A DNA stretch of 64,000 nt from Gammaproteobacteria bacterium (GCA_965116495.1 OZ220696.1:3392001-3456000), one strand, 5' to 3'; shown: positions 10,276 through 22,411, counted from the first letter of the stretch. Notes: a model not told the origin generated them from the sequence alone. A program made the numbers and translations.

Positions 10276-10305
10276 GTATGTGCGTTGCTATGGTGGAGAA
10301 ACTAA

Positions 10306-11436
10306 TTGGGTCATTCGGCATTACTCGCGCTGGCGGACGGTAGCCTGTTTTATGGTGAATCCATCGGCGTTGCCGGCGCTGCAGTGGGGGAAGTGGTGTT
10401 CAACACCTCGATCACCGGCTACCAGGAGATACTCACAGACCCTTCCTACTGCCGCCAGATCATCACTTTTACCCAGCCGCAGATAGGCAACGTGGGCGTC
10501 AATTCGGAAGATGCGGAATCGGCCCGGGTCTATGCCGCCGGCATGATTATCAAGCAGACGCCCCGGATACCGAGCAACTGGCGCGCCGAGCAGTCGTTTC
10601 CCGATTACCTTGTGGCCAACAATGTCATCGCCATCGCCAATATCGACACTCGCCGTCTCACCCGCCTGCTCAGGGACAAGGGCGCGCAGGACGGTTGTAT
10701 TCTGGCCGGTCCGGACCTGGATGAAACGCGTGCCGTTGAACTGGCATGCGGGTTTCCCGGACTGCAAGGGATGGATCTGGCCAGGGAAGTGAGCACAAGG
10801 CGGGACTACCGCTGGCAGGACGGCGCCTGGTTGCTCGCAGACGGGTACGTAGCGCCGAACGCGGCGCCAAAGCGGAAAGTTACCGCCATCGATTTCGGCG
10901 TGAAAAGGAATATCCTGCGCATCCTCGCCGACCTGGGGTGTGAGTTGGAAGTGGTGCCGGCGACCACGCCTGCGGACCGGATACTGTCCCGTTCCCCGGA
11001 CGGTGTGTTTTTATCCAACGGTCCCGGCGACCCGGAGCCCTGCGCTTATGCCATAAGCGCCATCAGGGACATCGTCGCGGCAGGCGTCCCCACCTTCGGC
11101 ATCTGCCTGGGACACCAGTTGCTGGGGCTTGCCTGCGGGGCTGAGACGGTGAAAATGAAGTTCGGCCACCACGGCGGCAATCACCCGGTGCAGGAACTGG
11201 CTACGGGGAAGGTCATGATCACCAGCCAGAACCACGGTTTCACCATTGCCGAGCAATCCATCCCCGAGGTGTTGTCGGTCACCCACCGCTCACTGTTCGA
11301 CGGCACGGTGCAGGGCATCCGTCATAAACAACAACCCGCATTCGGCTTCCAGGGACACCCGGAAGCCAGCCCGGGTCCCCACGACGTTAAACCGCTTTTT
11401 GACCATTTCATTGATTTGATGGATAAGGATAAATGA
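10306..11436 (+). CDS. carA: Carbamoyl-phosphate synthase small subunit
   Basis: [32 protein letters not shown]; TTG start after GGAG. Confidence 0.97.
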   Translation: MGHSALLALADGSLFYGESIGVAGAAVGEVVFNTSITGYQEILTDPSYCRQIITFTQPQIGNVGVNSEDAESARVYAAGMIIKQTPRIPSNWRAEQSFPDYLVANNVIAIANIDTRRLTRLLRDKGAQDGCILAGPDLDETRAVELACGFPGLQGMDLAREVSTRRDYRWQDGAWLLADGYVAPNAAPKRKVTAIDFGVKRNILRILADLGCELEVVPATTPADRILSRSPDGVFLSNGPGDPEPCAYAISAIRDIVAAGVPTFGICLGHQLLGLACGAETVKMKFGHHGGNHPVQELATGKVMITSQNHGFTIAEQSIPEVLSVTHRSLFDGTVQGIRHKQQPAFGFQGHPEASPGPHDVKPLFDHFIDLMDKDK

Positions 11437-11456
11437 ATAAGGAATTGTTTAATCAA

Positions 11457-11483
11457 CTGGATTCCTGCTTCCGCAGGAATGAC
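11457..11483 (-). repeat. REP-like palindrome
   Basis: ctggattcctgcttccgcaggaatgac between carA and carB. Confidence 0.8.
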
Positions 11484-11577
11484 GGTCTCTGTGGTTTTTT
11501 ATTCATCTGCGTTAATCCATGCCCCTGCAGGTTTCAAGCAAGGGTGCGTAATCTGCGCATGGATCATTTACGGACAG

Positions 11578-14500
11578 ATGCCCAAACGAACTGACATAGA
11601 AAGCGTCCTCATCATCGGCGCCGGACCCATCGTCATCGGCCAGGCCTGTGAGTTCGATTATTCCGGCGCGCAGGCGTGCAAGGCCTTGCGCGAGGAAGGT
11701 TACCGGGTCATCCTGGTCAATTCGAATCCGGCAACCATCATGACCGACCCGGACATGGCTGACGCCACGTATATCGAGCCGGTGCGCTGGCAGACCATAG
11801 CGAAAATCATAGAAAAAGAACGCCCGCACGCGCTGTTGCCGACGATGGGCGGGCAGACGGGCCTTAATTGCGCGCTCGACCTGGCCCGCGCCGGCGTCCT
11901 GGATGAATTCAACGTGGAAATGATCGGCGCCGACAAGGAGGCTATCGACAAGGCGGAGGACCGGGAAAAATTCCGCGATGCCATGAACAGGATAGGACTG
12001 GCCATGCCCGACTCAGGCCTGGCCCATGACCTGGAAACGGCGCTGGAAATCCAGGGTCAAATCGGTTACCCCATCATCATTCGTCCTTCGTTTACCCTGG
12101 GCGGGAGCGGTGGCGGCGTCGCCTGGAACAAGGAAGAACTCGTTGAAATCGTGGAGCGGGGACTGGAGGTTTCCCCCACCCACGAGGTCCTGGTGGAACA
12201 GTCCGTGGCCGGCTGGAAAGAGTTCGAGATGGAGGTCGTACGGGATCGGAAGGATAACTGCATCATCGTCTGCTCCATCGAGAATGTGGACGCCATGGGG
12301 GTGCATACCGGCGATTCGATCACCGTTGCACCGGCGCTGACCCTGACGGACAAGGAGTTTCAGTTGATGCGTGACGCTTCCATCGCGGTGCTGCGCGAGA
12401 TCGGCGTCGACACGGGCGGTTCCAACGTGCAGTTTGCCGTCAACCCCGAAGATGGCCGGTTGCTCATCATCGAGATGAACCCGCGCGTGTCCCGTTCATC
12501 CGCCCTGGCCTCCAAGGCGACGGGGTTTCCGATAGCCCGGGTTGCGGCAAAACTGGCAGTCGGCTACACCCTGGATGAACTGGATAATGAAATCACCGGG
12601 GGCGCAACGCCGGCTTCATTCGAACCGACCATCGATTACATCGTCACCAAGATCCCCAGGTTCACGTTCGAAAAGTTTCCCCAGGCCAATCCGCAACTGA
12701 CCACCCAGATGAAATCGGTGGGTGAGGTGATGGCCATCGGCAGGACGTTCCAGGAATCCCTGCAAAAGGCCTTGCGCGGGCTGGAAACCGGGGTGGACGG
12801 ATTTATCAATCTTTACGATGAAATCAGTGCAGACAACCTGGGGGAGATCACCCACGAGTTGCATAACCCTGGTTCGGAACGCCTGCTGTATGTCGGCGAG
12901 GCCTTTCGGCACGGCATGGATCTGGCCCGGATTCACTCCCTGTCACGCATCGACCCCTGGTTCCTGGCGCAAATCCAGGACCTGGTTGATGAAGAAAAAC
13001 GCCTGTCGGGTTCGCCCCTGGAGGCAATCGACCGGGAGCGCCTCTACCGGTTGAAACAAAAGGGCTTCTCAGACAGCCGCCTCGCCGCATTGTTGAACGT
13101 CAGTGAAGCACGGTTCAGGCAGCGGCGTCATCAATTCGATATCCGGCCCGTCTACAAGCGCGTCGATTCCTGTGCCGCGGAATTTCCCGCAACCACGGCA
13201 TACATGTATTCAACGTATGATGAAGAATGTGAAGCAAATCCCACTGCCAGGGAAAAGATCATGGTGCTGGGCGGCGGTCCCAACCGCATAGGGCAGGGGA
13301 TCGAGTTCGATTACTGCTGCGTACAGGCTGCGTTCGCCATGCGCGAAGCCGGGTTTGAATCCATCATGGTGAACTGCAATCCGGAAACCGTCTCCACGGA
13401 CTACGATACGTCCGACCGGCTCTATTTTGAACCGCTCACGCTGGAGGACGTGCTGGAGATTATTCACCTGGAACAGCCCCGGGGAGTGATTGTCCAGTTC
13501 GGCGGGCAGACGCCGTTGAAGCTGGCACGTGACCTGGAGGCCGAAGGCGCGCCGATTATCGGCACCACGCCGGATTCCATTGACCTTGCGGAAGACCGGG
13601 AACGGTTCCAGCGCCTGTTGCAGGAACTGGGCCTTAAGCAGCCGTCCAACCGGACTGCGCGAAACCTGCCGGATGCGATCAGTCTGGCGCAGGAAATTGG
13701 GTTTCCCATCGTTGTGCGGCCATCTTATGTATTGGGTGGCCGGGCCATGGAGATAGTCTATGACGAAGTGGACCTGAAGGAATACATGTCCCGGGCCGTG
13801 GCCGTATCCAACGACTCCCCCGTGCTGCTGGACCGGTTCCTGGACAAGGCCATCGAGGTGGATGTGGATGCGGTATCCGATGGCTCGGACGTGGTTATCG
13901 GCGGCATCATGGAACACATCGAACAGGCAGGTATCCACTCCGGTGATTCGGCCTGTTCCTTGCCGCCGTTCAGTTTGAGCGGGACGCTACAGCAACGCCT
14001 TGCCGAACAGGTGGATAAGATGGCGCGCGGGCTGAACGTGGTCGGCCTGATGAATACGCAGTTCGCCATACAGGGGGAGGATATTTTTGTGCTGGAAGTC
14101 AATCCCAGGGCATCCCGTACCGTGCCCTATGTGTCCAAGGCAACGGGGGTCTCCCTGGCTCGGATTGCAGCCAGGTGCATGGTGGGGAACAGCCTTTCCG
14201 AACAAGGAGTTACAGCCATTGCCGCACCGGATTATTACTCGATTAAGGAAGCCGTATTCCCGTTCGCCAAGTTTCCCGGTGTCGATCCCATACTGGGCCC
14301 GGAGATGAAATCCACCGGCGAGGTAATGGGTGTCGGCGCCGGTTTCGGTGAGGCATTCAACAAGGCGATACTGGCAACCAACCAGGAAATTCCGCAGCGC
14401 GGCATGGTATTCGTCAGCGTTCGCGATAAAGACAAGCCGGACGTCATGCAGATTGCCGCTGACTTTGCGGATGCAGGTTTCAGCCTGTGCGCTACCGAGG

Positions 14501-14799
14501 GTACGGCAAAGGTAATCAGGCAGGCCGGGGTGGAATGCATGCGGGTGAACAAGGTCGCTGAAGGACACCCTCACATCGTCGATATGCTGAAAAACGACGA
14601 AATCGACCTGATTGTCAATACCACGGAGGGAAGGCAGGCCATAAAGGATTCCCACTCCATCAGGAGCACTGCCATACAGCATAAGGTATTTTACGCAACC
14701 ACAATCGCCGGCGCCAAAGCTATAATTTCCGCGTTAAGAGATAACCATATTGACAGCATACATTGTCTCCAGGATTTGCATGAGGTGATGACACAATGA
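11578..14799 (+). CDS. carB: Carbamoyl-phosphate synthase large subunit
   Basis: [26 protein letters not shown]; start placed at the conserved MPKR. Confidence 0.98.
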   Translation: MPKRTDIESVLIIGAGPIVIGQACEFDYSGAQACKALREEGYRVILVNSNPATIMTDPDMADATYIEPVRWQTIAKIIEKERPHALLPTMGGQTGLNCALDLARAGVLDEFNVEMIGADKEAIDKAEDREKFRDAMNRIGLAMPDSGLAHDLETALEIQGQIGYPIIIRPSFTLGGSGGGVAWNKEELVEIVERGLEVSPTHEVLVEQSVAGWKEFEMEVVRDRKDNCIIVCSIENVDAMGVHTGDSITVAPALTLTDKEFQLMRDASIAVLREIGVDTGGSNVQFAVNPEDGRLLIIEMNPRVSRSSALASKATGFPIARVAAKLAVGYTLDELDNEITGGATPASFEPTIDYIVTKIPRFTFEKFPQANPQLTTQMKSVGEVMAIGRTFQESLQKALRGLETGVDGFINLYDEISADNLGEITHELHNPGSERLLYVGEAFRHGMDLARIHSLSRIDPWFLAQIQDLVDEEKRLSGSPLEAIDRERLYRLKQKGFSDSRLAALLNVSEARFRQRRHQFDIRPVYKRVDSCAAEFPATTAYMYSTYDEECEANPTAREKIMVLGGGPNRIGQGIEFDYCCVQAAFAMREAGFESIMVNCNPETVSTDYDTSDRLYFEPLTLEDVLEIIHLEQPRGVIVQFGGQTPLKLARDLEAEGAPIIGTTPDSIDLAEDRERFQRLLQELGLKQPSNRTARNLPDAISLAQEIGFPIVVRPSYVLGGRAMEIVYDEVDLKEYMSRAVAVSNDSPVLLDRFLDKAIEVDVDAVSDGSDVVIGGIMEHIEQAGIHSGDSACSLPPFSLSGTLQQRLAEQVDKMARGLNVVGLMNTQFAIQGEDIFVLEVNPRASRTVPYVSKATGVSLARIAARCMVGNSLSEQGVTAIAAPDYYSIKEAVFPFAKFPGVDPILGPEMKSTGEVMGVGAGFGEAFNKAILATNQEIPQRGMVFVSVRDKDKPDVMQIAADFADAGFSLCATEGTAKVIRQAGVECMRVNKVAEGHPHIVDMLKNDEIDLIVNTTEGRQAIKDSHSIRSTAIQHKVFYATTIAGAKAIISALRDNHIDSIHCLQDLHEVMTQ

Positions 14800-15272
14800 A
14801 CAGAATACCGATGACCGCCAAAGGCGCCCAGCGTCTGCGCCGGCAACTGGGCGAATTGAAATCAGTCGAACGCCCCAGGATAATCCGGGCTATCGCGGAG
14901 GCGAGATCCCATGGCGACCTGAGCGAGAATGCCGAATACCATGCCGCCCGGGAGCAGCAAGGTTTTATTGAAGGCCGTATTGCAACCCTGGACGAAGCCC
15001 TGGCCGTAGCGGAAATCATCGAAGTTGAGAAAATCGATGCGGACGGGAAAATTGTGTTCGGCGCGACTATCGAGTTATTGAACCTTGAGAGGGAGGAGGA
15101 AGTCCGTTACCAGATCGTGGGGGAGAAGGAAGCGGATATCAACCTGGGGTTGCTATCCGTTACCGCGCCGATAGCCAGGGCGCTGATCGGCAAGGAGGAA
15201 GGGGACGTGATAGAAGTCAATGCCCCGGGCGGCGTTGTGGAATACGAAGTGCTGGCAGTTTCATATATTTGA
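14796..15272 (+). CDS. greA: Transcription elongation factor GreA
   Basis: [15 protein letters not shown]; follows carB. Confidence 0.96.
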   Translation: MNRIPMTAKGAQRLRRQLGELKSVERPRIIRAIAEARSHGDLSENAEYHAAREQQGFIEGRIATLDEALAVAEIIEVEKIDADGKIVFGATIELLNLEREEEVRYQIVGEKEADINLGLLSVTAPIARALIGKEEGDVIEVNAPGGVVEYEVLAVSYI

Positions 15273-15310
15273 ACGGATACACCAAAATCGAACCGTAGCG
15301 CCGACCCACT

Positions 15311-15337
15311 GTCATTCCGGTGAATACCGGAATTCAG
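15311..15337 (+). repeat. REP-like palindrome
   Basis: gtcattccggtgaataccggaattcag. Confidence 0.75.
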
Positions 15338-15380
15338 TCGGACAACGCGCCGCCAGCGGCGCTACATTGCAATATCAACC

Positions 15381-15995
15381 ATGTCTAAAAGCAGCAAGCG
15401 CTGGTTGCAGGAACATAACCGGGACCCGTTCGTCAACCTGGCCAGGGGCAGGAAACTCCGCTCCCGTGCGGTATTCAAGCTGGAAGAACTGGACCGGCGT
15501 TACAAACTGTTCCACTCCGGCCAGACCGTGGTTGACCTGGGCGCCGCGCCGGGTAGCTGGTCAGGTTACGCGGGTGAAAAAGTCAGGCCCGGGGGTAGAG
15601 TAATCGCCATCGATTTGCTGGAAATGCAACCACTTGCTGATGTAACGTTCCTGCGAGGGGATATTACCGATCTGGAGCACCTGCAAAACTGCATTGCCGA
15701 GTTGCGAAAGTTCAGGGTTGACCTTGTAATTTCGGATATGGCCCCCAATTTATCAGGTATCGCTTCGGTAGATCAGGCCAACAGCCTGAACCTGGCAGAG
15801 ACGGCTTCTCAACTGGCCTGTTCGGTACTGCAAAAGCGCGCACATTTTCTGGTCAAGCTTTTTCAGGGTGGTGACAGTGCCGCCTTCCGAAAGCAATTGC
15901 TGGAAAGGTTTGAAAAAGTTATACTTTGCAAGCCGCGGGCGTCAAGAGCAAATTCCAGAGAGGTATATATTCTGGCAAAAGGCTATAATGGTTAG
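15381..15995 (+). CDS. rlmE: 23S rRNA Um2552 methyltransferase
   Basis: RSRAVFKL, DLGAAPGSWS, SDMAPNLSG; upstream of ftsH. Confidence 0.95.
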   Translation: MSKSSKRWLQEHNRDPFVNLARGRKLRSRAVFKLEELDRRYKLFHSGQTVVDLGAAPGSWSGYAGEKVRPGGRVIAIDLLEMQPLADVTFLRGDITDLEHLQNCIAELRKFRVDLVISDMAPNLSGIASVDQANSLNLAETASQLACSVLQKRAHFLVKLFQGGDSAAFRKQLLERFEKVILCKPRASRANSREVYILAKGYNG

Positions 15996-16108
15996 CAGGG
16001 AGCAATAAAATGCGGGTGTCCGTCATTCAGTCGAGGCAGGCAGGATGCTCCGGCTGAAAGAGAGGTGGGTTCCCGATGATTGAACAGACAACATAGGCGT
16101 ACGGCGTA

Positions 16109-18037
16109 ATGTTAAAGAGTATATTACTATGGGTAGTAGTCGCCATGGTTTTGATGATGGTATTTCAGAATTTCGGCGTACGTTCTACCAGTACCAACAT
16201 CCCCTATTCCCAATTCATCCTGGACGTGAAAACCGGCAAGGTAGTTTCCGTCACTTTCGATGGCAGCACCATCTCGGGCAACCTGGCCGATGGGACCCGT
16301 TTCGATACGTACAGCCCGGAAACCAGCAATGATGCCCTGATCGGGACCTTGCTGGAGAACAATGTGGAGGTGCTGGGCGCCGAGCCGAACAAGAATTCGT
16401 TCTGGGCCCATGCCTTTATCTCCTGGTTCCCCATCCTGTTGTTACTGGGTATCTGGATTTACTTTATGCGGCAGATGCAGGGCGGTGCCGGCGGCAGGGG
16501 CGCATTGTCGTTCGGTAAGAGCCGGGCCCGGTTGTTAAATGAAGATCAGGTCAAGATTACGTTTAACGACGTTGCCGGCGTCGAAGAGGCCAAGGAAGAA
16601 GTCGTTGAACTGGTCGAATTTCTGCGCGACCCCGGCAAGTTCCAGAAGCTGGGGGGCAAGATTCCCCGCGGTGTACTGATGGTGGGTTCGCCGGGCACCG
16701 GCAAGACCTTGCTGGCAAAAGCGATAGCCGGTGAGGCACAGGTTCCCTTCTTTACTATTTCCGGTTCCGATTTTGTGGAAATGTTCGTCGGTGTGGGCGC
16801 ATCGCGGGTGCGCGATATGTTTGAGCAGGCCAAAAAACACGCGCCGTGCATCATCTTTATTGACGAGATTGACGCGGTAGGGCGCCACCGCGGCGCAGGT
16901 CTCGGTGGCGGGCACGATGAACGCGAACAAACGCTCAACCAACTCCTGGTCGAGATGGACGGGTTTGAAGGCAATGAAGGCATCATCGTTATTGCCGCCA
17001 CCAACCGGCCCGACGTGCTGGACCCCGCCTTGCTTCGTCCCGGACGGTTCGACCGGCAGGTGGTCGTCCCATTGCCGGATATCCGCGGGCGCGAACAGAT
17101 TCTCAAGGTGCACATGCGCAAGGTCGCTATCGCCGATGATGTGAAACCTTCTATCATTGCCCGGGGCACGCCGGGGTTTTCCGGCGCCGACCTGGCCAAC
17201 CTGATTAATGAAGCAGCGCTGTTCGCGGCACGGGCCAACAAGAATGAGGTCGACATGGAAGAATTTGAACGCGCCAAGGACAAAGTCATGATGGGCGCGG
17301 AACGGCGTTCCATGGTCATGAGCGATGACGAAAAGAAGCTCACCGCGTACCACGAAGCCGGCCATGCCATAGTCGGACGGCTGGTCCCGGGCCATGACCC
17401 TGTCTACAAGGTCACCATCATTCCGCGCGGGCGGGCGCTGGGCGTGACCATGTTTCTGCCTGAGCAGGACAGGTTGAGCTATTCGCGGCAGTTTTTACAG
17501 AGTCAGATATGTTCCCTGTTCGGCGGCCGTCTCGCGGAGGCCCTGATCTTCGGAGAGGATGCCGTGACAACGGGGGCCAGCAATGATATTGAACGCGCGA
17601 CACTGCTTGCCAGAAATATGGTAACCAAGTGGGGTCTTTCGGACAAAATGGGACCTCTCGCTTACCAGGAGGATGAGGGCGAAGTCTTTTTGGGGCACTC
17701 CGTGACCAAACATTCAACGGTTTCCGCGGCGACGCAGAATGATATCGACGCAGAAGTGAGACGGCTTATTGACAAGAACTACCAGCACGCCAAGAAATTG
17801 CTTGAAGCAAACCTGGATAAACTGCACATGATGGCTGATGCGCTAATCAAATATGAAACCATTGATTCGAACCAGATCGACAGTGTCATGGATGGAAAAG
17901 TACCCGGGCCGCCGGCGGACTGGAATGATGGAGACAAGACCCGCGGTAAAAAAGCTGGTCCTGACGAAGCACAACAGGAGGATGAAGCACAGCCCGTTGA
18001 AGGCCCTGCTATTGATGGGCCGGCGCGCCCCGCCTGA
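16109..18037 (+). CDS. ftsH: ATP-dependent zinc metalloprotease FtsH
   Basis: Two TM segments, [11 protein letters not shown] module, HEAGH. Confidence 0.98.
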   Translation: MLKSILLWVVVAMVLMMVFQNFGVRSTSTNIPYSQFILDVKTGKVVSVTFDGSTISGNLADGTRFDTYSPETSNDALIGTLLENNVEVLGAEPNKNSFWAHAFISWFPILLLLGIWIYFMRQMQGGAGGRGALSFGKSRARLLNEDQVKITFNDVAGVEEAKEEVVELVEFLRDPGKFQKLGGKIPRGVLMVGSPGTGKTLLAKAIAGEAQVPFFTISGSDFVEMFVGVGASRVRDMFEQAKKHAPCIIFIDEIDAVGRHRGAGLGGGHDEREQTLNQLLVEMDGFEGNEGIIVIAATNRPDVLDPALLRPGRFDRQVVVPLPDIRGREQILKVHMRKVAIADDVKPSIIARGTPGFSGADLANLINEAALFAARANKNEVDMEEFERAKDKVMMGAERRSMVMSDDEKKLTAYHEAGHAIVGRLVPGHDPVYKVTIIPRGRALGVTMFLPEQDRLSYSRQFLQSQICSLFGGRLAEALIFGEDAVTTGASNDIERATLLARNMVTKWGLSDKMGPLAYQEDEGEVFLGHSVTKHSTVSAATQNDIDAEVRRLIDKNYQHAKKLLEANLDKLHMMADALIKYETIDSNQIDSVMDGKVPGPPADWNDGDKTRGKKAGPDEAQQEDEAQPVEGPAIDGPARPA

Positions 18038-18068
18038 AAATACCGGTTGAACACGGAAAACAAGGAGG

Positions 18069-19406
18069 ATGGAAGCTAGCTCACGAAAATATTTCAGTAC
18101 GGACGGCATTCGCGGGAGGGTCGGCAAGGAACCCGTCACCCCGGATTTCATGATGAAACTGGGTTGGGCCATCGGCAAGGTTTTGCATGGACAAAACGCA
18201 GGGCCTATCCTTATCGGAAAAGATACCCGTGTGTCCGGCTACATGTTTGAATCTGCGCTGGAGGCAGGATTGTCCGCCGCAGGCGTAGATATCCGGTTGC
18301 TCGGGCCGGTCCCCACTCCTGCTGTTGCCTACCTGACAAAAAATACCCGCGCCGAAGCCGGCATTGTCATCAGTGCTTCCCACAACCACTACTTCGATAA
18401 CGGCATCAAGATTTTTTCCAGGAATGGCAAAAAGTTATCGGATGCCGTCGAATTACAGATTGAAGAAGAGCTGGCCAACTCCATTGAGGTCGTAGAACCG
18501 GCCAAATTGGGCAAGGCGCGCCGTATTACGGATGCGCCCCGGAGATACATAGAGTTTTGCAAGAGCAGGGTCGATTGCGACCTCAGTGGAATTAGCATGG
18601 TAGTTGATTGCGCCAACGGCGCGGCCTACAAGATTGCGCCGAAGGTGTTTGAAGAATTGGGCGCTGCAGTCCATGCAATCGGCGTGGAACCGGACGGTTT
18701 CAATATCAACGAAGGTTGCGGCGCCACGAAGCCGGAGAACCTGCAACAGATCGTGTTGAAGAAAAACGCGGATCTCGGGGTCTCGCTGGACGGAGATGCC
18801 GATCGGTTGATCATGGTCGATCATAAGGGTGAACTGGTTGATGGTGATGAGATACTGTATATCATCGCGGCACGGCAAAGGGAGAGGCTCAATGGAGGCG
18901 TGGTCGGCACGCTGATGAGCAACCTGGGACTGGAGCAGGCACTGAGGGGAGTCGGACTGGAGTTTTACCGGGCCAGGGTGGGAGACCGTTACGTCATGGA
19001 ATTACTGGATGAAAAAAAACTGATACTGGGTGGAGAGCAGTCAGGACATATCGTAAACAGGAATTTCTCCGATACGGGTGACGGCATCATTTCCGCATTA
19101 CAGGTGTTGAGTACGATGACGGGTACCGGGAAAAGTCTGCGCGCATTAAAACGCGGCATGAAAAAATATCCGCAGGCATTGATGAATATAGCATTACAGA
19201 AACCCGTCAAGCTTCTGGATTATCCGGAGATCGACGATATTGTAAGGGAAGGTGAAAAACAATTGGATAACCCCGGCCGGATTTTGTTGCGGCCATCCGG
19301 CACCGAACCTTTACTGCGGGTAATGGTGGAAGGCAGTGATACCACCAAGGTCCGTTTGCTGGCGCAGAAGCTGGCCGAGGATATAGACACCATTATCAGT
19401 GGGTAG
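18069..19406 (+). CDS. glmM: Phosphoglucosamine mutase
   Basis: TDGIRG, ISASHN, DGDADR, RPSGTEP. Confidence 0.96.
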   Translation: MEASSRKYFSTDGIRGRVGKEPVTPDFMMKLGWAIGKVLHGQNAGPILIGKDTRVSGYMFESALEAGLSAAGVDIRLLGPVPTPAVAYLTKNTRAEAGIVISASHNHYFDNGIKIFSRNGKKLSDAVELQIEEELANSIEVVEPAKLGKARRITDAPRRYIEFCKSRVDCDLSGISMVVDCANGAAYKIAPKVFEELGAAVHAIGVEPDGFNINEGCGATKPENLQQIVLKKNADLGVSLDGDADRLIMVDHKGELVDGDEILYIIAARQRERLNGGVVGTLMSNLGLEQALRGVGLEFYRARVGDRYVMELLDEKKLILGGEQSGHIVNRNFSDTGDGIISALQVLSTMTGTGKSLRALKRGMKKYPQALMNIALQKPVKLLDYPEIDDIVREGEKQLDNPGRILLRPSGTEPLLRVMVEGSDTTKVRLLAQKLAEDIDTIISG

Positions 19407-19427
19407 AATTTTTGCAGAACTGTCGCC

Positions 19428-19542
19428 CGGATTATGGGGTCACGGATTATGGGGTCAGGTCGCACATTGCACACACAGCGGTTTGTTACGGTTTCACAGG
19501 CATTTCTTTGAGTGTGCAATGTGCGACCTGACCCCATAATCC
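19428..19542. repeat. 31-bp perfect inverted repeat with 37-bp spacer
   Basis: ggattatggggtcaggtcgcacattgcacac (19444-19474) and its reverse complement (19512-19542); cggattatggggtca tandemly duplicated on the left. Confidence 0.85.
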
Positions 19543-19562
19543 CAATCGCTATAATTACCGAC

Positions 19563-21164
19563 ATGACAGATGTAAATCAGCAGAAACGCATCCTGGTAGC
19601 GGATAAAATCTCTCCCGAAGGCCGTGCGTTCCTGGCCGAGCAGGAAAATCTCGTCGTTGATCATATCAATGACCTCAACGAATCCGGGTTGTGCGACAGG
19701 ATTGCTGACTATCATGCCGTCATTGTGCGCAGCGCCACGACGATCACAGCGCAGGTGATCGATGTGGCAACCAGGCTGGAAGTGATAGGCAGGGCCGGTA
19801 TCGGGGTGGATAATATTGATGTAGACCATGCAACGAGCAAGGGTATCGTTGTACTCAACACCCCGGACGCCAACGTGACCACCACGGCGGAATTAACCAT
19901 AGCCCACCTGTTTTCCCTGAGTCGGAACCTGCCGCAGGCCAACAGGTCGGTGAAGTCAGGGGAGTGGAAGCGCACCCGCTTCATGGGGGTGGAACTGACC
20001 AATAAGGTACTGGGTATAATCGGATACGGTCACATCGGCAGAATTGTTGCAGCCAAGGCGCTGGCCCTGGATATGCAGGTGATAGCCTATGACCCGTTCG
20101 TTACCGAGGAAATGTTTTTGGCCGACGGCGTCAGCGGCGTTGGGATTGATGAGCTGGTAGCTGAAGCTGATTACATCAGTCTGCATTGCCCGCTGAATGA
20201 CAAGACCCGCAACATCATGAATGCCAGCCGCATCGGGGCCATGAAACCCGGCGCAAGGCTGCTGAATTGTGCCAGGGGCGGGTTGGTGGACGAAACGGCA
20301 TTGTATGAGGCGCTGAAGAGCGGACACCTGGCCGGCGCTGCGCTGGATGTTTTTTCCAGGGAACCGCCGGATGGTTCTCCCCTCCTGACCCTGGATAACA
20401 TCCTGCTTACACCGCATTTGGGGGCATCGACCCGGGAAGCGCAAGCGGCGACCGGTATGGAGATTGCCCAGCAAATCTGCATTTATCTAAGAACCGGCGA
20501 ACCCATTAATGCGATTAATCTCCCGGCGGTGTCGGCGGATGAACTGGTAAAACTGCAGCCATACCTGGTGCTGACCCGGCGCCTGGGAAAATTGCTCGGC
20601 CACATGATCCCGGGCTCCACCAGCCAGTTGGAGGTATCACTCTTCGGTGAGGCGGCGGAGAGGGATTTGCGCAGTATTGCCACGGAAGGACTGGTAGGGC
20701 TGTTGAGCTCCCACATGTCGGCTGAAGTAAACCGGGTGAATGCAAAACATATCGCCGCACAACAGGGGTTGAGCCTGATCGAGTCCCGGGGAGGCGAACA
20801 TCCGGATTATCATTCGGCGGTCAGCCTCTCGGCCTATCACGGGGAACTGAAGACGCGGGTAATAGGGACACTGTTCCACAAGAAACACCCGCGCTTGATA
20901 CGCATTAACGACTACGAGATCGAGGCTGTACTGGAAGGCCATTTGCTGGTTACCCGGCATAATGATCAACCGGGTGTGGTTGCCGCCATCAGCAACCTGC
21001 TGGCCGCGGAGCGGATCAATATTTCACGCATGCAACTGGGTATCGTTTCCGGCAGCAACAAGGCGGTTGCCGTGATTGGGGTGTCAACCGCCCTGAAGGA
21101 CGAATTGATGGATGGGCTTGCCGAAATTGAAGCCATCAACAAGGTGATGCAGGTCACACTCTAG
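19563..21164 (+). CDS. serA: D-3-phosphoglycerate dehydrogenase, long type with ASB and ACT domains
   Basis: GRAGIGVDNID, GYGHIG, NCARGG, TPHLGAST, C-terminal NDQPGVV ACT domain. Confidence 0.93.
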   Translation: MTDVNQQKRILVADKISPEGRAFLAEQENLVVDHINDLNESGLCDRIADYHAVIVRSATTITAQVIDVATRLEVIGRAGIGVDNIDVDHATSKGIVVLNTPDANVTTTAELTIAHLFSLSRNLPQANRSVKSGEWKRTRFMGVELTNKVLGIIGYGHIGRIVAAKALALDMQVIAYDPFVTEEMFLADGVSGVGIDELVAEADYISLHCPLNDKTRNIMNASRIGAMKPGARLLNCARGGLVDETALYEALKSGHLAGAALDVFSREPPDGSPLLTLDNILLTPHLGASTREAQAATGMEIAQQICIYLRTGEPINAINLPAVSADELVKLQPYLVLTRRLGKLLGHMIPGSTSQLEVSLFGEAAERDLRSIATEGLVGLLSSHMSAEVNRVNAKHIAAQQGLSLIESRGGEHPDYHSAVSLSAYHGELKTRVIGTLFHKKHPRLIRINDYEIEAVLEGHLLVTRHNDQPGVVAAISNLLAAERINISRMQLGIVSGSNKAVAVIGVSTALKDELMDGLAEIEAINKVMQVTL

Positions 21165-21171
21165 ACCAATA

Positions 21172-22407
21172 ATGCGTATCAAAGCGTTCAGAGGGTATCG
21201 GCCCGTCAAGAACAAGGTTGATAAGGTCGCATCAAGACCTTATGACGTGCTGTCGAGCGCCGAGGCCAGGCAGGAGGCAGCCGGAAACCCGTTCTCTTTC
21301 CTGAATATCGTCAAACCGGAAATCACTTTCCCCGCAGGTACGGATCCCTACGGCCCCGATATCTACCGCGCTGCGGCGGTAAATTTCCAGGTTTTACTCG
21401 ACAATGGGACATTTGTACGGGACAAGCAGGATTGCCTGTATCTCTACGAACTGCGCGCAGGTGAGTGGCCGAGAACGGGAATTGTCGCTGCCGCTGCCGT
21501 GGAGGATTACCTGGAAGGCCACATCAGGAAACATGAACTGACCCGGTTCGATAAGGAGGCGGATCGCGCCAGTCATATTCGAACGACCATGTTGAATACG
21601 GAGCCGGTCATGTTTGCCTACCGCTATGACCGGGAAATCGATGAACTGGTCAAAACGGTTAAAACCGCCCGGCCGGAATACGATTTCATCGATGTGGATG
21701 ATGTCAGGCACCGGTTCTGGGTAATTGATGAAACTGAGACCATAGCGGCAATTATCGATGCGTTTGCCTGCGTCCCCGCGACTTATGTGGCAGACGGGCA
21801 TCACCGTACCGCAGCAGCAGCCGTAGTCAGCCAGGAATTGAACAGGCTTGATGGCGCCGACGCCGGCCATAATTATTTCCTCGCGGTACATTTCCCCGAT
21901 AACCAGTTGGAAATTCTCGATTACAACCGTCTGGTTGCTGACCTTAATGGCCTTGATTCGGATGCATTCCTGAACCGGCTGGCGGCTTCTTTCATCATTG
22001 AAAAGGCAGGAAGCCGGCCGGTCAGGCCGAAGCAGCCCGCTGAGACGGGCATGTACCTGGCAGGTGACTGGTATCGCCTGGTCGTGCGGCCTGAAAAGTA
22101 TGATGCCGTTGATGTCATGGCCACCCTGGGAGTCACTATCCTGTCGGAGTTGATCCTGCAACCCGTGCTGGACATCCATGACCAGAGGACCGACCCGCGC
22201 ATTACTTTCGTGGGCGGCGCGCGCGGGCCGGCAGAACTTCAGGGCAGGGTGGACAGCGGCGAGATGACTGCTGCCTTTACCCTCTGCCCGGTATCCGTAC
22301 AAGAGCTGATGACTGTCGCGGATGCAGGCGGGATCATGCCGCCCAAGGCCACCTGGTTCGAACCTAAATTACGCAGCGGGCTGGTGGTGTACAGCCTGAA
22401 AGACTAA
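21172..22407 (+). CDS. DUF1015 family protein
   Basis: PYDVLS, HELT, YVADGHHRTAAA, MPPKATWFEPKLRSG. Confidence 0.88.
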   Translation: MRIKAFRGYRPVKNKVDKVASRPYDVLSSAEARQEAAGNPFSFLNIVKPEITFPAGTDPYGPDIYRAAAVNFQVLLDNGTFVRDKQDCLYLYELRAGEWPRTGIVAAAAVEDYLEGHIRKHELTRFDKEADRASHIRTTMLNTEPVMFAYRYDREIDELVKTVKTARPEYDFIDVDDVRHRFWVIDETETIAAIIDAFACVPATYVADGHHRTAAAAVVSQELNRLDGADAGHNYFLAVHFPDNQLEILDYNRLVADLNGLDSDAFLNRLAASFIIEKAGSRPVRPKQPAETGMYLAGDWYRLVVRPEKYDAVDVMATLGVTILSELILQPVLDIHDQRTDPRITFVGGARGPAELQGRVDSGEMTAAFTLCPVSVQELMTVADAGGIMPPKATWFEPKLRSGLVVYSLKD

Positions 22408-22411
22408 TGTA

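Noticed and set aside
11479-11577. N-terminal extension of CarB (also the serA, amoB and xecA extensions in the ORF track)
   Set aside because: Upstream in-frame starts fall in repeats, intergenic DNA or the preceding gene; conserved N-termini and RBS positions support the later starts.
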